A program made the position numbers and the translations under genes. A DNA stretch of 64,000 nucleotides, taken from positions 83,881 through 147,880 of the forward strand of contig DATLRH010000005.1 in NCBI GenBank assembly GCA_035534755.1, in the 5' to 3' direction. The first letter of the stretch is position 1. The number at the start of each line of letters is the position of its first letter. The notes under the pieces were generated by a model. It had not been told where the DNA came from and did not search any database. It was given only the letters and a program-made list of their open reading frames with translations. Of the stretch, positions 47,795 through 57,537 are shown in pieces. Source of the stretch: Candidatus Dormiibacterota bacterium. Its GTDB lineage: Bacteria > Chloroflexota > Dormibacteria > Aeolococcales > Bog-877.

Positions 47795-48508
47795 TTATGC
47801 GCTCGCCAAGAGCCGGAAGGACTCTGCGTAGGGGATTCCCTGGGGTTCCCCCATCTTGGCCATCCGCTCCAGCACCCGGGCTGAGAAGTCCTGCCCGGGG
47901 GCCTGCTGGCTGCGGTGCCGGGACAGGGCCTCGATCTTCCGGTTGACCGTTGCCGAGACGTCCACGAAATAGTCCGGGGACTCGGTCCCCGCGACCAGAA
48001 CCTCGCGTACCGAGTGCGGCCTCAACCCCTCCGCCAAGAGCTCGGGATAGGCGTGCGGGTTCCGGGCATAGGGGTAGACCGCCTCGATCGCCAGCTGACC
48101 CGCGGCCAGATGGTCCGGGTGGTTCCCGTAGAGGTTGGAATAATTGCGCACCGCGTTTTGACAGATGATCCGGTCGGGCCGGTACTGGCGAATCAGCCTG
48201 ACCAGCTCACGGCGGATCTCGTCGGTAACCGCAAGCCGGCCATCCGGCTGGTGCAGGAAGACGATGTCCTTGACGCCGAGTACGTTGGCCGCCTCCCGCT
48301 GCTCCGCCTCGCGGACGCCGGCCAGCTCAGCCAGATTCACCTCCTGGTCGGCCGCCCCGGCCGCTCCATCGGTGCAGATCACGTAGCTGACTTCGACTCC
48401 CCGATCGGTCCAGAGCGCGACCGTGCCGGCGGCCCCGAACTCGGCATCGTCAGGGTGGGCGACGATGACCAGCGCGCGCTCGAAGTTCGCCAACTGGTCG
48501 ACGGACAT
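47795..48508 (-). CDS. PIG-L/LmbE family N-acetylglucosaminyl deacetylase (MshB/Mca/BshB-like)
   Basis: VIVAHPDDAEFG zinc-binding motif of the LmbE family. Confidence 0.75.
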   Translation of the reverse strand: MSVDQLANFERALVIVAHPDDAEFGAAGTVALWTDRGVEVSYVICTDGAAGAADQEVNLAELAGVREAEQREAANVLGVKDIVFLHQPDGRLAVTDEIRRELVRLIRQYRPDRIICQNAVRNYSNLYGNHPDHLAAGQLAIEAVYPYARNPHAYPELLAEGLRPHSVREVLVAGTESPDYFVDVSATVNRKIEALSRHRSQQAPGQDFSARVLERMAKMGEPQGIPYAESFRLLASA

Positions 48509-48565
48509 TGGTAACCCAGGATATCTAGTCGGCGCCGCCCTCCCCCGGGGCCGTCCGCTTCCCGG

Positions 48566-49882
48566 TCAGCGAAAGAGCCAGGGCAACTTCAGCCGGAGCC
48601 CCCCATCCTTGAGGGCGTCGATGACGTCGTCGGCTAGAACTCGGCCGATCGGCCGCCCCTCGGCGTCGACCACCACGACTGACGAGGCGCGGGCCTCGGT
48701 GAGCCGGTCGACCACCTCGTCCAGGAAGGCCTCCGGATGCAGCGTCACCGGCCGGGTGGCCGGGACCAGTTCGCCAAGGGGGGTACTGTCCGCCGCGACC
48801 AGGAGGTCGAAGAGCGGCAGGTCGGCAATCAGGCGCCCCATGTCGTCAACCACCGCGACCGAGTCGATGTCCGCGCGGTGAGCGCTCTGGGCGGCCAGAT
48901 CTCGGCGCGCATCCATCACGGTTGCGGTTGGGGAGGCCTTGGCCAGAGCTGTCGTCATGAACCCACCGGCCATGGTCTCCGGGTAGCCCAGCAGAACCGT
49001 CAGCTGGCGGGCAACCTCGGGTGCGACGTGGGCCAGGATCGCGTCCGATTCGGACCGTTCCATGTCGCGCAGTACGTCGACCGCTTCGTCGGGCTCCATC
49101 GCCGAGATCAGCGCGCCGGCCCGCTCCGGAGGCGCATCCCGGAGGATGTCCTCAATCTGATCCGGCTCCATCTCCTCGAGCGCGTCGGCGACCGCCTCGG
49201 GGTCGAGGGCTGTGGTGAGTTCGTCCCGGGCCGGCTGGTCAAGCTTTTCCAGGAGGTCAGCAAGCTCGCCCGCGTTGAGCCGACGAAGCCCCTCGTTGGG
49301 CACCTGCAAGCGAAGCTCGGATCCGGGGTCCCCGAAGGGGTGGACCGCCGACCAGTCGACCAGGCGGCGGCGCTCCTGGGTGGCGACCGGGAGTACCCGC
49401 GCCCACCAGGGTCGGCTCTCACCGGCGACCGCCACCAGCCGCAGCCGACCGACCACGGGAGCCAGGAACAGGTCTTCGGCACGGAAGACTTTGACCCCGT
49501 CCACGTCGACGGACTGTCTGCCGAGCACGTCTTGGACCAGACACAACTCGCCCTCGCGGCGTACGAATCCGGTCCCACCCGACTTGCCCTGGCGAACCAT
49601 CACCGCCCTCGCGTCGAGCCGAAGGATGCTAGCGACCGGGTAAAACAGGTGCTGATCTCCAAGCTGGAGCACGATCCCGGTCACCAGGGGGTACGGTTCG
49701 CTGCCCGTCCAGCGGACAACCACATCGAGCAGCCGACCAGCCCCCCGACCGTCCTCGTCGGTCGGGGAAAGTGCGCGCAACTGATTCAGCGAAACCAGCG
49801 ACGCCTGCACCGACCGGGTGGTCAGCAGGCGCCGCCGCCGTCTACGAGGTCGGGCCGTTGGCGGCCGGGGCTGAGTGGCCAC
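48566..49882 (-). CDS. Soluble MgtE N-terminal domain + CBS-pair protein (no membrane domain)
   Basis: Central acidic helical MgtE_N-like repeat (ELTTALDPEAVADALEEMEPDQIEDILRD...) followed by two CBS-like modules; Arg-rich N-terminus. Confidence 0.6.
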   Translation of the reverse strand: MATQPRPPTARPRRRRRRLLTTRSVQASLVSLNQLRALSPTDEDGRGAGRLLDVVVRWTGSEPYPLVTGIVLQLGDQHLFYPVASILRLDARAVMVRQGKSGGTGFVRREGELCLVQDVLGRQSVDVDGVKVFRAEDLFLAPVVGRLRLVAVAGESRPWWARVLPVATQERRRLVDWSAVHPFGDPGSELRLQVPNEGLRRLNAGELADLLEKLDQPARDELTTALDPEAVADALEEMEPDQIEDILRDAPPERAGALISAMEPDEAVDVLRDMERSESDAILAHVAPEVARQLTVLLGYPETMAGGFMTTALAKASPTATVMDARRDLAAQSAHRADIDSVAVVDDMGRLIADLPLFDLLVAADSTPLGELVPATRPVTLHPEAFLDEVVDRLTEARASSVVVVDAEGRPIGRVLADDVIDALKDGGLRLKLPWLFR

Positions 49883-50171
49883 GATTAGCTAGAAGCGAGG
49901 TCGACTCGCGCTCGGTCGGCAGGGCCGAGTCTCAAGTTCACCCTGGTAGCATAAAGCGGCGCTGCGGCGCGATCTCCGACGCTGCTCCTGGCTTCGAGCC
50001 GGACTTGGGGTGTCGTCGGCCCGTTGAGCATGGAGGTGCGCATGGACGGTTCAAGTAGACCGCCTGGCCCACCCTATCTCGCGCCCGCCGTGAGCCTCTA
50101 GCAGTACGTCGGCGGCCTCCCGGCGCGCGCTAAGCACGTCGAGTACTCGCTAGCCCGCTAGGAGGTCAGAG

Positions 50172-51806
50172 TTGTCAGAGGAGCGGCTGCCGGTCGGGCC
50201 ACCGGGTCAGGGTCTCCCCGACTCCGCCCATCAGGGTGAGATTCGTGGCGCCCTGGGGACAGTACCGGCGTGGTCCCCCGACCGTCCCCGCTCCTGGTCG
50301 CGCCGCCTCCTGACCCTGGCCGCAATCATGGGGCCGGGGCTGATCGTGATGGTGGGCGACAACGACGCAGGGGGCGTCTCGACCTACGCCCAAGCGGGCC
50401 AGAATTACGGCGCCAGCCTGCTCTGGGTGCTGGTGCTGCTTATCCCCACCTTGATCGTCGCCCAGGAGATGGTGGTGCGCCTGGGAGCGGTCACCGGCGT
50501 CGGCCACGCTCGCCTGATCAAAGAGCGCTTCGGAACGTTCTGGGCCGCTTTCTCGGTCGGTGATCTATTTTTGCTCAATTTCCTAACGTTGGTGACCGAA
50601 TTCATCGGCGTTGACTTAGGGCTCCGGTACTTCGGGATCAACCCACTGGCGTCGGTCCCGATCGTCGCCGTCGGACTTCTCGCCATGGTGGCGACCGGCA
50701 GCTTCCAGCGCTGGGAACGATTCATGTTCGTCTTCGTCGCCACCAGCCTGCTGATGTTTCCCTTGGCGGCGCTTTCGCACCCGGGCGCAGCCCCGATTCT
50801 TAACGGCGTCACGCGTCCGGGTGTGGCCGGCGGTTTCAACTCGACCTCGGTACTTTTCGTGATCGCGGTCGTGGGCACCACCATCGCTCCCTGGCAGCTC
50901 TTCTTCCAGCAGTCGAATGTGATCGACAAGCGAATCACCACCCGCTGGCTCAAGTACGAGCTCGCGGACACCTCCATTGGAGCCGTGCTGACCACGGCCG
51001 GCGCCGCGGCTCTGATGGTGGCGACCGCCTTCGCCTTTTCTCACAGCGGGTACGCCGGCCGATTTGGCTCCGGGCTGACGGTGGCTGACGGCCTGCGCGC
51101 CCGGGCGGGTTCAGCATCGGGGGCGATCTTCGCTCTGATCCTGGTTAACGCCTCGGTGATCGGGGCATCCGCGGTCACCCTGGCCACCTCCTACGCCCTG
51201 AGCGACGTCCTCGGTCTCCGCCACTCCCTCCACCGAAGCGTCCGCGACGCGAAGGGCTTCTACGTCACCTTCGCGGTGCTCATCGCGCTAGCGGCGGGCA
51301 TTGTTCTGATTCCGGGCGCTCCGCTCGGGCTCATGACGACTGGAGTCCAGGTGCTGGCCGGTGTGCTCCTGCCCTCCGCGATCGTCTTCCTCCTGCTTCT
51401 CTGCAACGACTCCGAGGTGCTCGGCCCCTGGGTCAATTCGACCCGCCAAAACGTGGTCGCCAGTCTGATCGTCTCGGTTCTGGTCCTGCTATCGCTCATC
51501 CTCACCGTAACCACTGTCTTCCCCCGCCTGCCGTTGGGTCCGTTTACGATCTCCACCGTGGTAGTGGGAGGAGCGGGCCTGGCCTGGCTGGGTTGGACCT
51601 CCCGAAAGCGACGGCGAGCGGACCCGGAACGACAGCTCTCGATCGGAGGAGACCGTCAGCTCTGGCGGATGGCCCCTTTGGCCAGCCTCCGACCACCCAG
51701 CTGGTCCCGAACCCAGCAAGTCGGGATGTACGGACTCCGCGCCTACCTGGTGGTGGCGGTCGTCCTGCTCGCGGTCAAGATCGGCCAGCTGGCGCTCGGC
51801 CACTGA
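50172..51806 (+). CDS. mntH: NRAMP family divalent metal (Mn2+/Fe2+) transporter
   Basis: GPGLIVMVGDNDAGGVSTYAQAGQNYGASLLWVLVL and the multi-TM architecture are typical of MntH; TTG start preceded by GGAGG. Confidence 0.85.
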   Translation: MSEERLPVGPPGQGLPDSAHQGEIRGALGTVPAWSPDRPRSWSRRLLTLAAIMGPGLIVMVGDNDAGGVSTYAQAGQNYGASLLWVLVLLIPTLIVAQEMVVRLGAVTGVGHARLIKERFGTFWAAFSVGDLFLLNFLTLVTEFIGVDLGLRYFGINPLASVPIVAVGLLAMVATGSFQRWERFMFVFVATSLLMFPLAALSHPGAAPILNGVTRPGVAGGFNSTSVLFVIAVVGTTIAPWQLFFQQSNVIDKRITTRWLKYELADTSIGAVLTTAGAAALMVATAFAFSHSGYAGRFGSGLTVADGLRARAGSASGAIFALILVNASVIGASAVTLATSYALSDVLGLRHSLHRSVRDAKGFYVTFAVLIALAAGIVLIPGAPLGLMTTGVQVLAGVLLPSAIVFLLLLCNDSEVLGPWVNSTRQNVVASLIVSVLVLLSLILTVTTVFPRLPLGPFTISTVVVGGAGLAWLGWTSRKRRRADPERQLSIGGDRQLWRMAPLASLRPPSWSRTQQVGMYGLRAYLVVAVVLLAVKIGQLALGH

Positions 51807-52194
51807 GCCCATGCCGAAGATCGCCGGGTCAGCCCCGGCGCCTCGAACTCGAACTGACCTGTGGTTGGACCCCGAAACCGCCTTCGCAGCCTTGGGATAC
51901 TGCCGCGCGCGGTCAAGCTTTGCAGAGAAGGGGCGCCGAGTTGGGATCGTGCCCGTGCCCGCGATAGCTATCGCCCCAGTTGGGGTGCGACGCCTTGATC
52001 GAGCCTCCCCCGTCACGTCAAAGGATCACCCCCCTGGCCGGCACGCACGATCCGGTCCAACCTCCGGAGTCCCCACCGAGAGAAGTACCGGAGTTCGCTG
52101 AGGGTGCCAGTCGGTAAGGTTTGACATCGACCGGGCAGGGGCGGGTCCGCACTCTGGCGGGAGCGGCCTGCGTCGGGCAATGGACAGACCCGCG

Positions 52195-52737
52195 CTACGG
52201 GGTGGGAGTTGGGTGTCCTGGGGCGCCTCCACTTCCAGTCCCGTTTCCGCTCGAATTGCCTTTGCCGTTGGCGCCAGATCCCTTGCCAGGCGGCGACGAG
52301 GGTCGTCCGTGACGGTGACCCGATCCTGGGGTATTGGAGGGGGAGAGTCGGGAGGCAGCTGACCCGCCCGGCCGGGGAGGCGACGGCGACCCGATCGAGC
52401 CTCCGCGATGACGGTCAGGGGACGGCGAGGGACCGCTGCAGTCCCTTGCCGTCGGGCAGCCGGCCGCGGCGGCGGGGTGGCTTGGTGAGGGCGCCGGTCG
52501 CGCCGGGGCCGTGATCAGGTGCACCGCCGCCGTCGCGCCGCCGGCGAGCAGGGCGGCGCCGACAAGTCCGACGACGATCACCCCAACACGGGGTGCGAGG
52601 CGGAGTCTGCGGACCAGTTGCCCCCATCGGCCAGGTCCGCGTCTCAGGTACCGAGCCGTCTCGTGCGGCGGCTGGGACTCCTCGGGCAAGGCGCTCTGCA
52701 GCTGCGAGGTCAGCCAGCGATCAAACTCGTCAGGCAT
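52195..52737 (-). CDS. Putative anti-sigma factor / single-pass membrane protein (Pro/Ser/Gly-rich extracytoplasmic tail)
   Basis: Overlaps the ECF sigma gene by 8 nt; short N-terminal motif DEFDRWLTSQLQSAL, one TM helix, low-complexity C-terminus. Confidence 0.4.
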   Translation of the reverse strand: MPDEFDRWLTSQLQSALPEESQPPHETARYLRRGPGRWGQLVRRLRLAPRVGVIVVGLVGAALLAGGATAAVHLITAPARPAPSPSHPAAAAGCPTARDCSGPSPSPDRHRGGSIGSPSPPRPGGSAASRLSPSNTPGSGHRHGRPSSPPGKGSGANGKGNSSGNGTGSGGAPGHPTPTP

Positions 52738-53317
52738 CCTGCACCTGCCCCGTCCGCGACTCGGACCCCAGCGGTGTCTGGCGCGGCGTGGAATCCCGTC
52801 CCGTACTGGTGGCTAGATCTAGTTCCAGCTCGATCATCAGCTTCGCCTTTGCGGCGACCAGGCGCGAGGCCACCGTGCGCTCCGGGATTCCCAGGGCGAA
52901 GCCAATCTCGCGATTGCTGTACCCGTGGAGGTGCCGAAGGACAATGACGGCCGCTTGGCGCGGAGGCAGCTTCCGGAGAGCCCGTCCCAGGTCAAGCGAA
53001 GTCGCCACGTTTCCCGGGTCCGGCGGAGACTCGGGACGACCCAGTCGGCGGATCGATTCCGCCACGCCTCGCAGCTTCTGACGGCGGCGCACCGAGACCG
53101 CCCGATTGATGGCGATGCGGTGCAGCCAGGCCGCCGCCGGGGCCTCGGGCCGGTAGGAGGTCCAGTTGCGGAACGCCTGGACGAAAGCATCTTGGACGCA
53201 GTCCTCGGCGTCGTCGCCGACGATGGCGCGAACGGTCTGGAGCAACCTCGAACGCTCATCCCGATAAAGACGATCGAAGTCGGCCGCGGACCCGGGTTGA
53301 TACTCCTCAGCAGCCAC
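52730..53317 (-). CDS. ECF sigma factor
   Basis: Region 2 (DCVQDAFVQAFRNW) and region 4 HTH (HGYSNREIGFALGIPERTVASRL). Confidence 0.8.
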   Translation of the reverse strand: MAAEEYQPGSAADFDRLYRDERSRLLQTVRAIVGDDAEDCVQDAFVQAFRNWTSYRPEAPAAAWLHRIAINRAVSVRRRQKLRGVAESIRRLGRPESPPDPGNVATSLDLGRALRKLPPRQAAVIVLRHLHGYSNREIGFALGIPERTVASRLVAAKAKLMIELELDLATSTGRDSTPRQTPLGSESRTGQVQDA

Positions 53318-53393
53318 CAGCGCGAGTATGGCGCGTGGGATCCCGAGCGGGACCAGCCCGACGACACGGGGCGATGCCGATCAGGTGACAGGG

Positions 53394-53897
53394 CTAGGTA
53401 ACGTAATCGATCGCAGTCGCCGTGATCGTTCGGGGCCCCAGCCCGAAGTACCCCGCGAAATTCACGTAGGGCAGCGTCACCTGGATTTCGCAGCCGTAGG
53501 TTCCCCCCGGCAGTCCGGTTGAGCTGGGCGCCGGCGCGGCCCGGTCGGTGAGCGTGGCCGCCGTAATCGTCGTCGCGAACGGTCCCGCGGCGGCTCGGGC
53601 CGACGCCACCATCGCCGCCGGAGGCGGGGCTCCTGGGCACTGCGGCGAGTGGGTCGGAGTGGTCGACCAATTGACACTTGCCACCCCCCACCGCGCGGCC
53701 GCCTGGGCCGAATCGTTGGCGACCTGAACCTCCAACACGTAGGTGGCTCCGCTGAAGATGCCGACCACGGCAGCGAAAAAGAGCGGCGCGACCACCGCAA
53801 ACTCGACCATTGTGGCCCCGATCTGGCGCCGGCGACGGAAGCGGTGCCGGGGAGCGCTCCCGGGATGAATCAGAGCGAATCGCCGACCGACTCTCAC
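53394..53897 (-). CDS. TadE-like pilus assembly protein (pseudopilin)
   Basis: N-terminal TadE motif GATMVEFAVVAPLFFAAVVGIF. Confidence 0.6.
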   Translation of the reverse strand: MRVGRRFALIHPGSAPRHRFRRRRQIGATMVEFAVVAPLFFAAVVGIFSGATYVLEVQVANDSAQAAARWGVASVNWSTTPTHSPQCPGAPPPAAMVASARAAAGPFATTITAATLTDRAAPAPSSTGLPGGTYGCEIQVTLPYVNFAGYFGLGPRTITATAIDYVT

Positions 53898-54388
53898 TGC
53901 TCTGGAACCACCAGCACCTGGGCCGTGGAACCGATCGTCACCGGCGAGGGCAGGAGCGGGGTCAAGAGCGGCAGCCGGCAGGACACCGTGACCGTCTCGT
54001 AGTACGGGGCCCCACCGGGGGTGGGACTGCTGGGTGAGGATGTGACGGTGAGGCCCGAAGTCGGACAGTTGAGAGGACCGGCTCCGGCGTTGTTCTCGGC
54101 GATCGTCTGGAGCTGAGCCGCGGTATACCCGGTTCCGGCCAGGTAACCTGATCCTGAGGGGTCCAGGGTGGGAGCGTTTCCGGAGGCGTAGACCGCCGCC
54201 TGGCGAGCGCCGTCCGCTACCTGGATACCCACGAAGTACGCTCGAGCCAGATCGGCCCCGCCGCTGAAGAGCAGCAGCAGGAGCGGCAGGACGAGAGCGA
54301 ACTCAACCAGGCTCTGTCCCCGCGGACGGGCACGGTGGTTACTGGTAGAGCTCAACGCTGGTGGGGGAGGTGTTGGTGACCGGCGCAC
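53894..54388 (-). CDS. TadE-like pilus assembly protein (second copy)
   Basis: N-terminal GQSLVEFALVLPLLLLLFSGGADL TadE signature. Confidence 0.6.
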   Translation of the reverse strand: MRRSPTPPPPALSSTSNHRARPRGQSLVEFALVLPLLLLLFSGGADLARAYFVGIQVADGARQAAVYASGNAPTLDPSGSGYLAGTGYTAAQLQTIAENNAGAGPLNCPTSGLTVTSSPSSPTPGGAPYYETVTVSCRLPLLTPLLPSPVTIGSTAQVLVVPEQ

Positions 54389-55421
54389 AAGAAGGATCGC
54401 CTGCCGGGCAGATGGTCAGGCCCTGGACGCTGGGACTGGTGCTCGTGACTTGGCCCAAGATTTGCACCCGCGACGCCGAGGTGACGACCACCTCGATCAT
54501 GCCCGAGTAGGTCAGCTTGTACGGTCCCGCGTTGCTCGCGGAGTAGCCGGGGCAGTACCCCTTCTGGTACGAGCTGATGATCGGGATCAGGTAGGGCTGG
54601 CCCACGATCAAGGCGGGAGGGTTCCTGATGCCGACTCCAGGGCCAGTCTGGATGCAGGAGCCAGGCGCCAAGGGGAGCGTGATCGGCGACACCGGGTCGA
54701 TGTATCCCTTGAAGCTGGCTGGGGGACCGGAGCCACAGGTGTACTTGTCCCAGGACGGGTCTAGGAGCACCACAATGTCGGTGACCGCCAAGGGACCGCC
54801 GCTGCCCGAGTAACACAATGCGTCCCAGGCCGCGAAGGGCGCGCCGGACCCTCCCGCCACGGTGCCGAACAGCGCGGTGGATGTCGCGCCCTCGGTCGCA
54901 TTGTTGACCCCGATGATCCGCAGAATCAGGGTAGTGTGTGCGTCCTGCGCGGTGACTTCGACACCGGACGGTCCCACCCACGCGTTGGCGAGGCAATAAG
55001 GCTGCGCATAGCTGGAGACGGGTCCAAGCGAGGGCACCACACCAGCCTTTGGATAGCTCACGAAGTCGACCGTCGGTGAACCGGTCACCTTGCCTTGGGC
55101 CGCTGCGGCGGCAAAAGTGATCTTGGTCGCGGCGGCGGAGATTTGAGCGTCCCCGTAGGGCAGGGATTCCCCGGACACGCAGGCGTGGAAGTCCGCCGCT
55201 AGCAAGCTTGCTCCCGACTGGGCAGACGTGTCCGTCGCCGCCTGCAGAACCCGCTGGTCCACGAAGTCGCGTCCTGCGTCGATGCTCAGGCCCACGATGG
55301 ACACGATTGCGATCGCCGCGAGGGCGAATAACACTGCCACCTGGCCACCCTGCGACCTCCTCCGGCCTTCCGCCCGCTCCAGGCAGTGGACCTCGGTTCC
55401 CGGGAGCAGCCCGTTTCTCAA
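54339..55421 (-). CDS. TadG-like (Tad_N domain) pilus assembly protein
   Basis: N-terminal GGQVAVLFALAAIAIVSIVGLSIDAG resembles the TadG/Tad_N membrane anchor; large Gly/Ser/Thr-rich C-terminal domain. Confidence 0.5.
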   Translation of the reverse strand: MRNGLLPGTEVHCLERAEGRRRSQGGQVAVLFALAAIAIVSIVGLSIDAGRDFVDQRVLQAATDTSAQSGASLLAADFHACVSGESLPYGDAQISAAATKITFAAAAAQGKVTGSPTVDFVSYPKAGVVPSLGPVSSYAQPYCLANAWVGPSGVEVTAQDAHTTLILRIIGVNNATEGATSTALFGTVAGGSGAPFAAWDALCYSGSGGPLAVTDIVVLLDPSWDKYTCGSGPPASFKGYIDPVSPITLPLAPGSCIQTGPGVGIRNPPALIVGQPYLIPIISSYQKGYCPGYSASNAGPYKLTYSGMIEVVVTSASRVQILGQVTSTSPSVQGLTICPAGDPSCAPVTNTSPTSVELYQ

Positions 55422-55912
55422 GGCCGCCCCGGTGGGGACGCCACGGGCCCTCGGCCGATCGCGTGGACCGGATCGGCAGGCGGTGGCAGCTGAGAGTGCC
55501 CGGGCGACGTCCCGACCCGCCGATGGCCGGGCGGGACCGCGACCGGTCCCCGTCCTCGCACCCGGCTGCCGGCGCTGAGGCCTCGCATCCGGAGGTACCC
55601 GATTCCGCCGGGATCAGTACCGTGAAAGACCGGTGGCGAAGTTAGTGGGGAGTGGGACGGGCGAGACGAACCCGCGAGTCCGAGCGGCCCTATCCCCTGA
55701 CCGGCGCGAGGGGCTGCCGCCGAGACTGCGACAGCGACGACCGCGGCGAGGGCCGTCACCGCCATCAAGGCCGAGACGCGATGCCGTCTATGGACGCCGC
55801 TGAGGGAAGGGCGACCGCCCTCAGGAAGTCGCGCGTCCGCCAAGGCGACTGGAAGTTCTCGTTCCAGCCAGCCATCGAGGGGGTCGCCGCTGCCTATGCC
55901 TGCGTTCCACAT
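55418..55912 (-). CDS. Single-pass membrane protein paralogous to the 52195..52737 anti-sigma-like protein; translationally coupled to tadG
   Basis: N-terminal DPLDGWLERELPVALADARLPE is similar to DEFDRWLTSQLQSALPEE of 52195..52737; one TM helix; ATGA overlap with tadG; no adjacent sigma gene. Confidence 0.35.
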   Translation of the reverse strand: MWNAGIGSGDPLDGWLERELPVALADARLPEGGRPSLSGVHRRHRVSALMAVTALAAVVAVAVSAAAPRAGQGIGPLGLAGSSRPSHSPLTSPPVFHGTDPGGIGYLRMRGLSAGSRVRGRGPVAVPPGHRRVGTSPGHSQLPPPADPVHAIGRGPVASPPGRP

Positions 55913-56231
55913 GCTGAGAAGAGAACGCGTGTACCTGACGAAGTACCCATTCGGAGTCGGCTTTGGCTTCGCCTCGAGGGGAGAAAGTCCTCACTCCTGC
56001 CCAAAACGGCTTGGCCCGGGTCGGGCACCCGGCCGCCAACGCCGCATGGACTCGGGGGTCAGCGTTAGCACTTGGGTCAAAACGCGACCGCCCGGGCTTT
56101 CCGCCTCACGAGCGGAGCTCTTGCCTCCGACCACCCATCATCCGGGCCTCAGGAATCGCACCTCAACTCGAGAAGCGACTTCCGGGCCCCACGCCGGCCC
56201 GCGCACTGCTGGCTGGGGCAGTGAACCTGCC

Positions 56232-57098
56232 TCAGCCTGGGTCCCCCCGTAAACCCTCGACTCCGAACGCCGAAATCGTGGCCCGGGCGGCCAGACTCCC
56301 CGCGGCCATCGCCTGGGCGAGGGCGCCATCGTCGCGGCGCCCGAGCTCGGCCAAGCGACCGAGGACGCCCCCGGCCAGGGCATCGCCAGCACCCGTCGGA
56401 TCCACCACCGGCGACCCCGCCAGCGCCGGAAAGACCCGGGTATCGTCGAGGGAGACCTGCACGGCCCCGAGCACTCCCCGCTTCAGGATCAGCATGCGAA
56501 GGTCCCAGTGGGCGACCGCCTCCCGGGCCAAGTCCAGGGCATCCGGCAGTGGCACGGGGAAGAGACTTCGCAGCTCTTCTTCGTTGACGAAGAGCATGTC
56601 ACAGCGCTCCAGGAGCTCCTCCAGCCCCGACCGGTCGGTAGCGATGAAGTCGGTCATGGTGTCCAGGGCGACCAGCTCAGTCGGCCGACACTGGGCCAGG
56701 ACCTCGAGCTGGCGCTGGGGCGGCATCGACCCCAGGAAGAGAATCTCGCTGGTTCGGGCCAGAAGCGGTACCTCGGGCTCCCAGTCGAGATATACCCCAA
56801 GGCGCTGCTCCTGGTGGATCGGGACCGGTTCGGCGGGATGGTGCTCAGCGCGCCAGCGGTAGGTATCTCCGTTCATCTGCACCACACCGGAACGGTCGAT
56901 CGTCGCCGCATCGAGGAGATCGATGAGGGCCCGGCCATCGGTCCCGACGGCGGCCACCAGGCGCACCTCGCAGAAGCGGTGGGCCGCTAGCGCGAAGTAA
57001 AGGGCTGACCCGCCCGGAAGCGCGGTCCTCGAGCCAGCCGGGGTGGTCAGATCATCGAACCCAAGGGTCCCTGCGGCGGTGATGACCCAGCGGGGCAC
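56232..57098 (-). CDS. PfkB family carbohydrate kinase
   Basis: C-terminal DPTGAGDALAGG ribokinase-family ATP-binding motif. Confidence 0.7.
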   Translation of the reverse strand: MPRWVITAAGTLGFDDLTTPAGSRTALPGGSALYFALAAHRFCEVRLVAAVGTDGRALIDLLDAATIDRSGVVQMNGDTYRWRAEHHPAEPVPIHQEQRLGVYLDWEPEVPLLARTSEILFLGSMPPQRQLEVLAQCRPTELVALDTMTDFIATDRSGLEELLERCDMLFVNEEELRSLFPVPLPDALDLAREAVAHWDLRMLILKRGVLGAVQVSLDDTRVFPALAGSPVVDPTGAGDALAGGVLGRLAELGRRDDGALAQAMAAGSLAARATISAFGVEGLRGDPG

Positions 57099-57114
57099 TC
57101 CCTCCCGGGGCTGA

Positions 57115-57510
57115 CTACGAGGCGGGGAAGAGGGGGATGACAGTTGCCAGCCCTCGGCAGCGCTCGTCCTGAGCGGCCCGCATTAAGCGAGCCTGGACCT
57201 GGAACAGGATCCGGCCGACGTGGTCGGGATCCTTCCGCAATCCCAGCGCCGCGCGCAACCCCGGGTCAACCGAACTAGTCAGCGTCGCCACCTGGTCGAA
57301 GACCCAACTCGCAACGGCGGCCCCGGCCTGCAAGCGGCAGCGCTCGACCTGCTCCAGCAGGGCGTCGGAGGCGGCCAGCCTCTGCTGGGGTGTGCGGCGG
57401 TGCCGGGACCGAAAGATGATCTGGGCCCGGGCAGCCGCGATCTGGAGTGCGGTCACTTCATAGGGGTTGTGGTAGGAGCCGCCCAGCGACATGGCGGCCA
57501 TGATACCCAC
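57115..57510 (-). CDS. Hypothetical protein
   Basis: 131-aa ORF with coding-like bias; no recognisable motif. Confidence 0.3.
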   Translation of the reverse strand: MGIMAAMSLGGSYHNPYEVTALQIAAARAQIIFRSRHRRTPQQRLAASDALLEQVERCRLQAGAAVASWVFDQVATLTSSVDPGLRAALGLRKDPDHVGRILFQVQARLMRAAQDERCRGLATVIPLFPAS

Positions 57511-57537
57511 CGCCCGCGTGGCCTATCCTCAAGCAGA

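Noticed and set aside
55970-56110. Possible RNase P RNA: GAGGGGAGAAAGTCC resembles the P4-region GAGGAAAGUCCGGGCUCC
   Set aside because: The match breaks down immediately (AGAAAGTCCTCAC vs GGAAAGUCCGGGCUCC). The interval is too short for RNase P RNA and lacks the 3' ACAGAACCCGGCUUA-type element.
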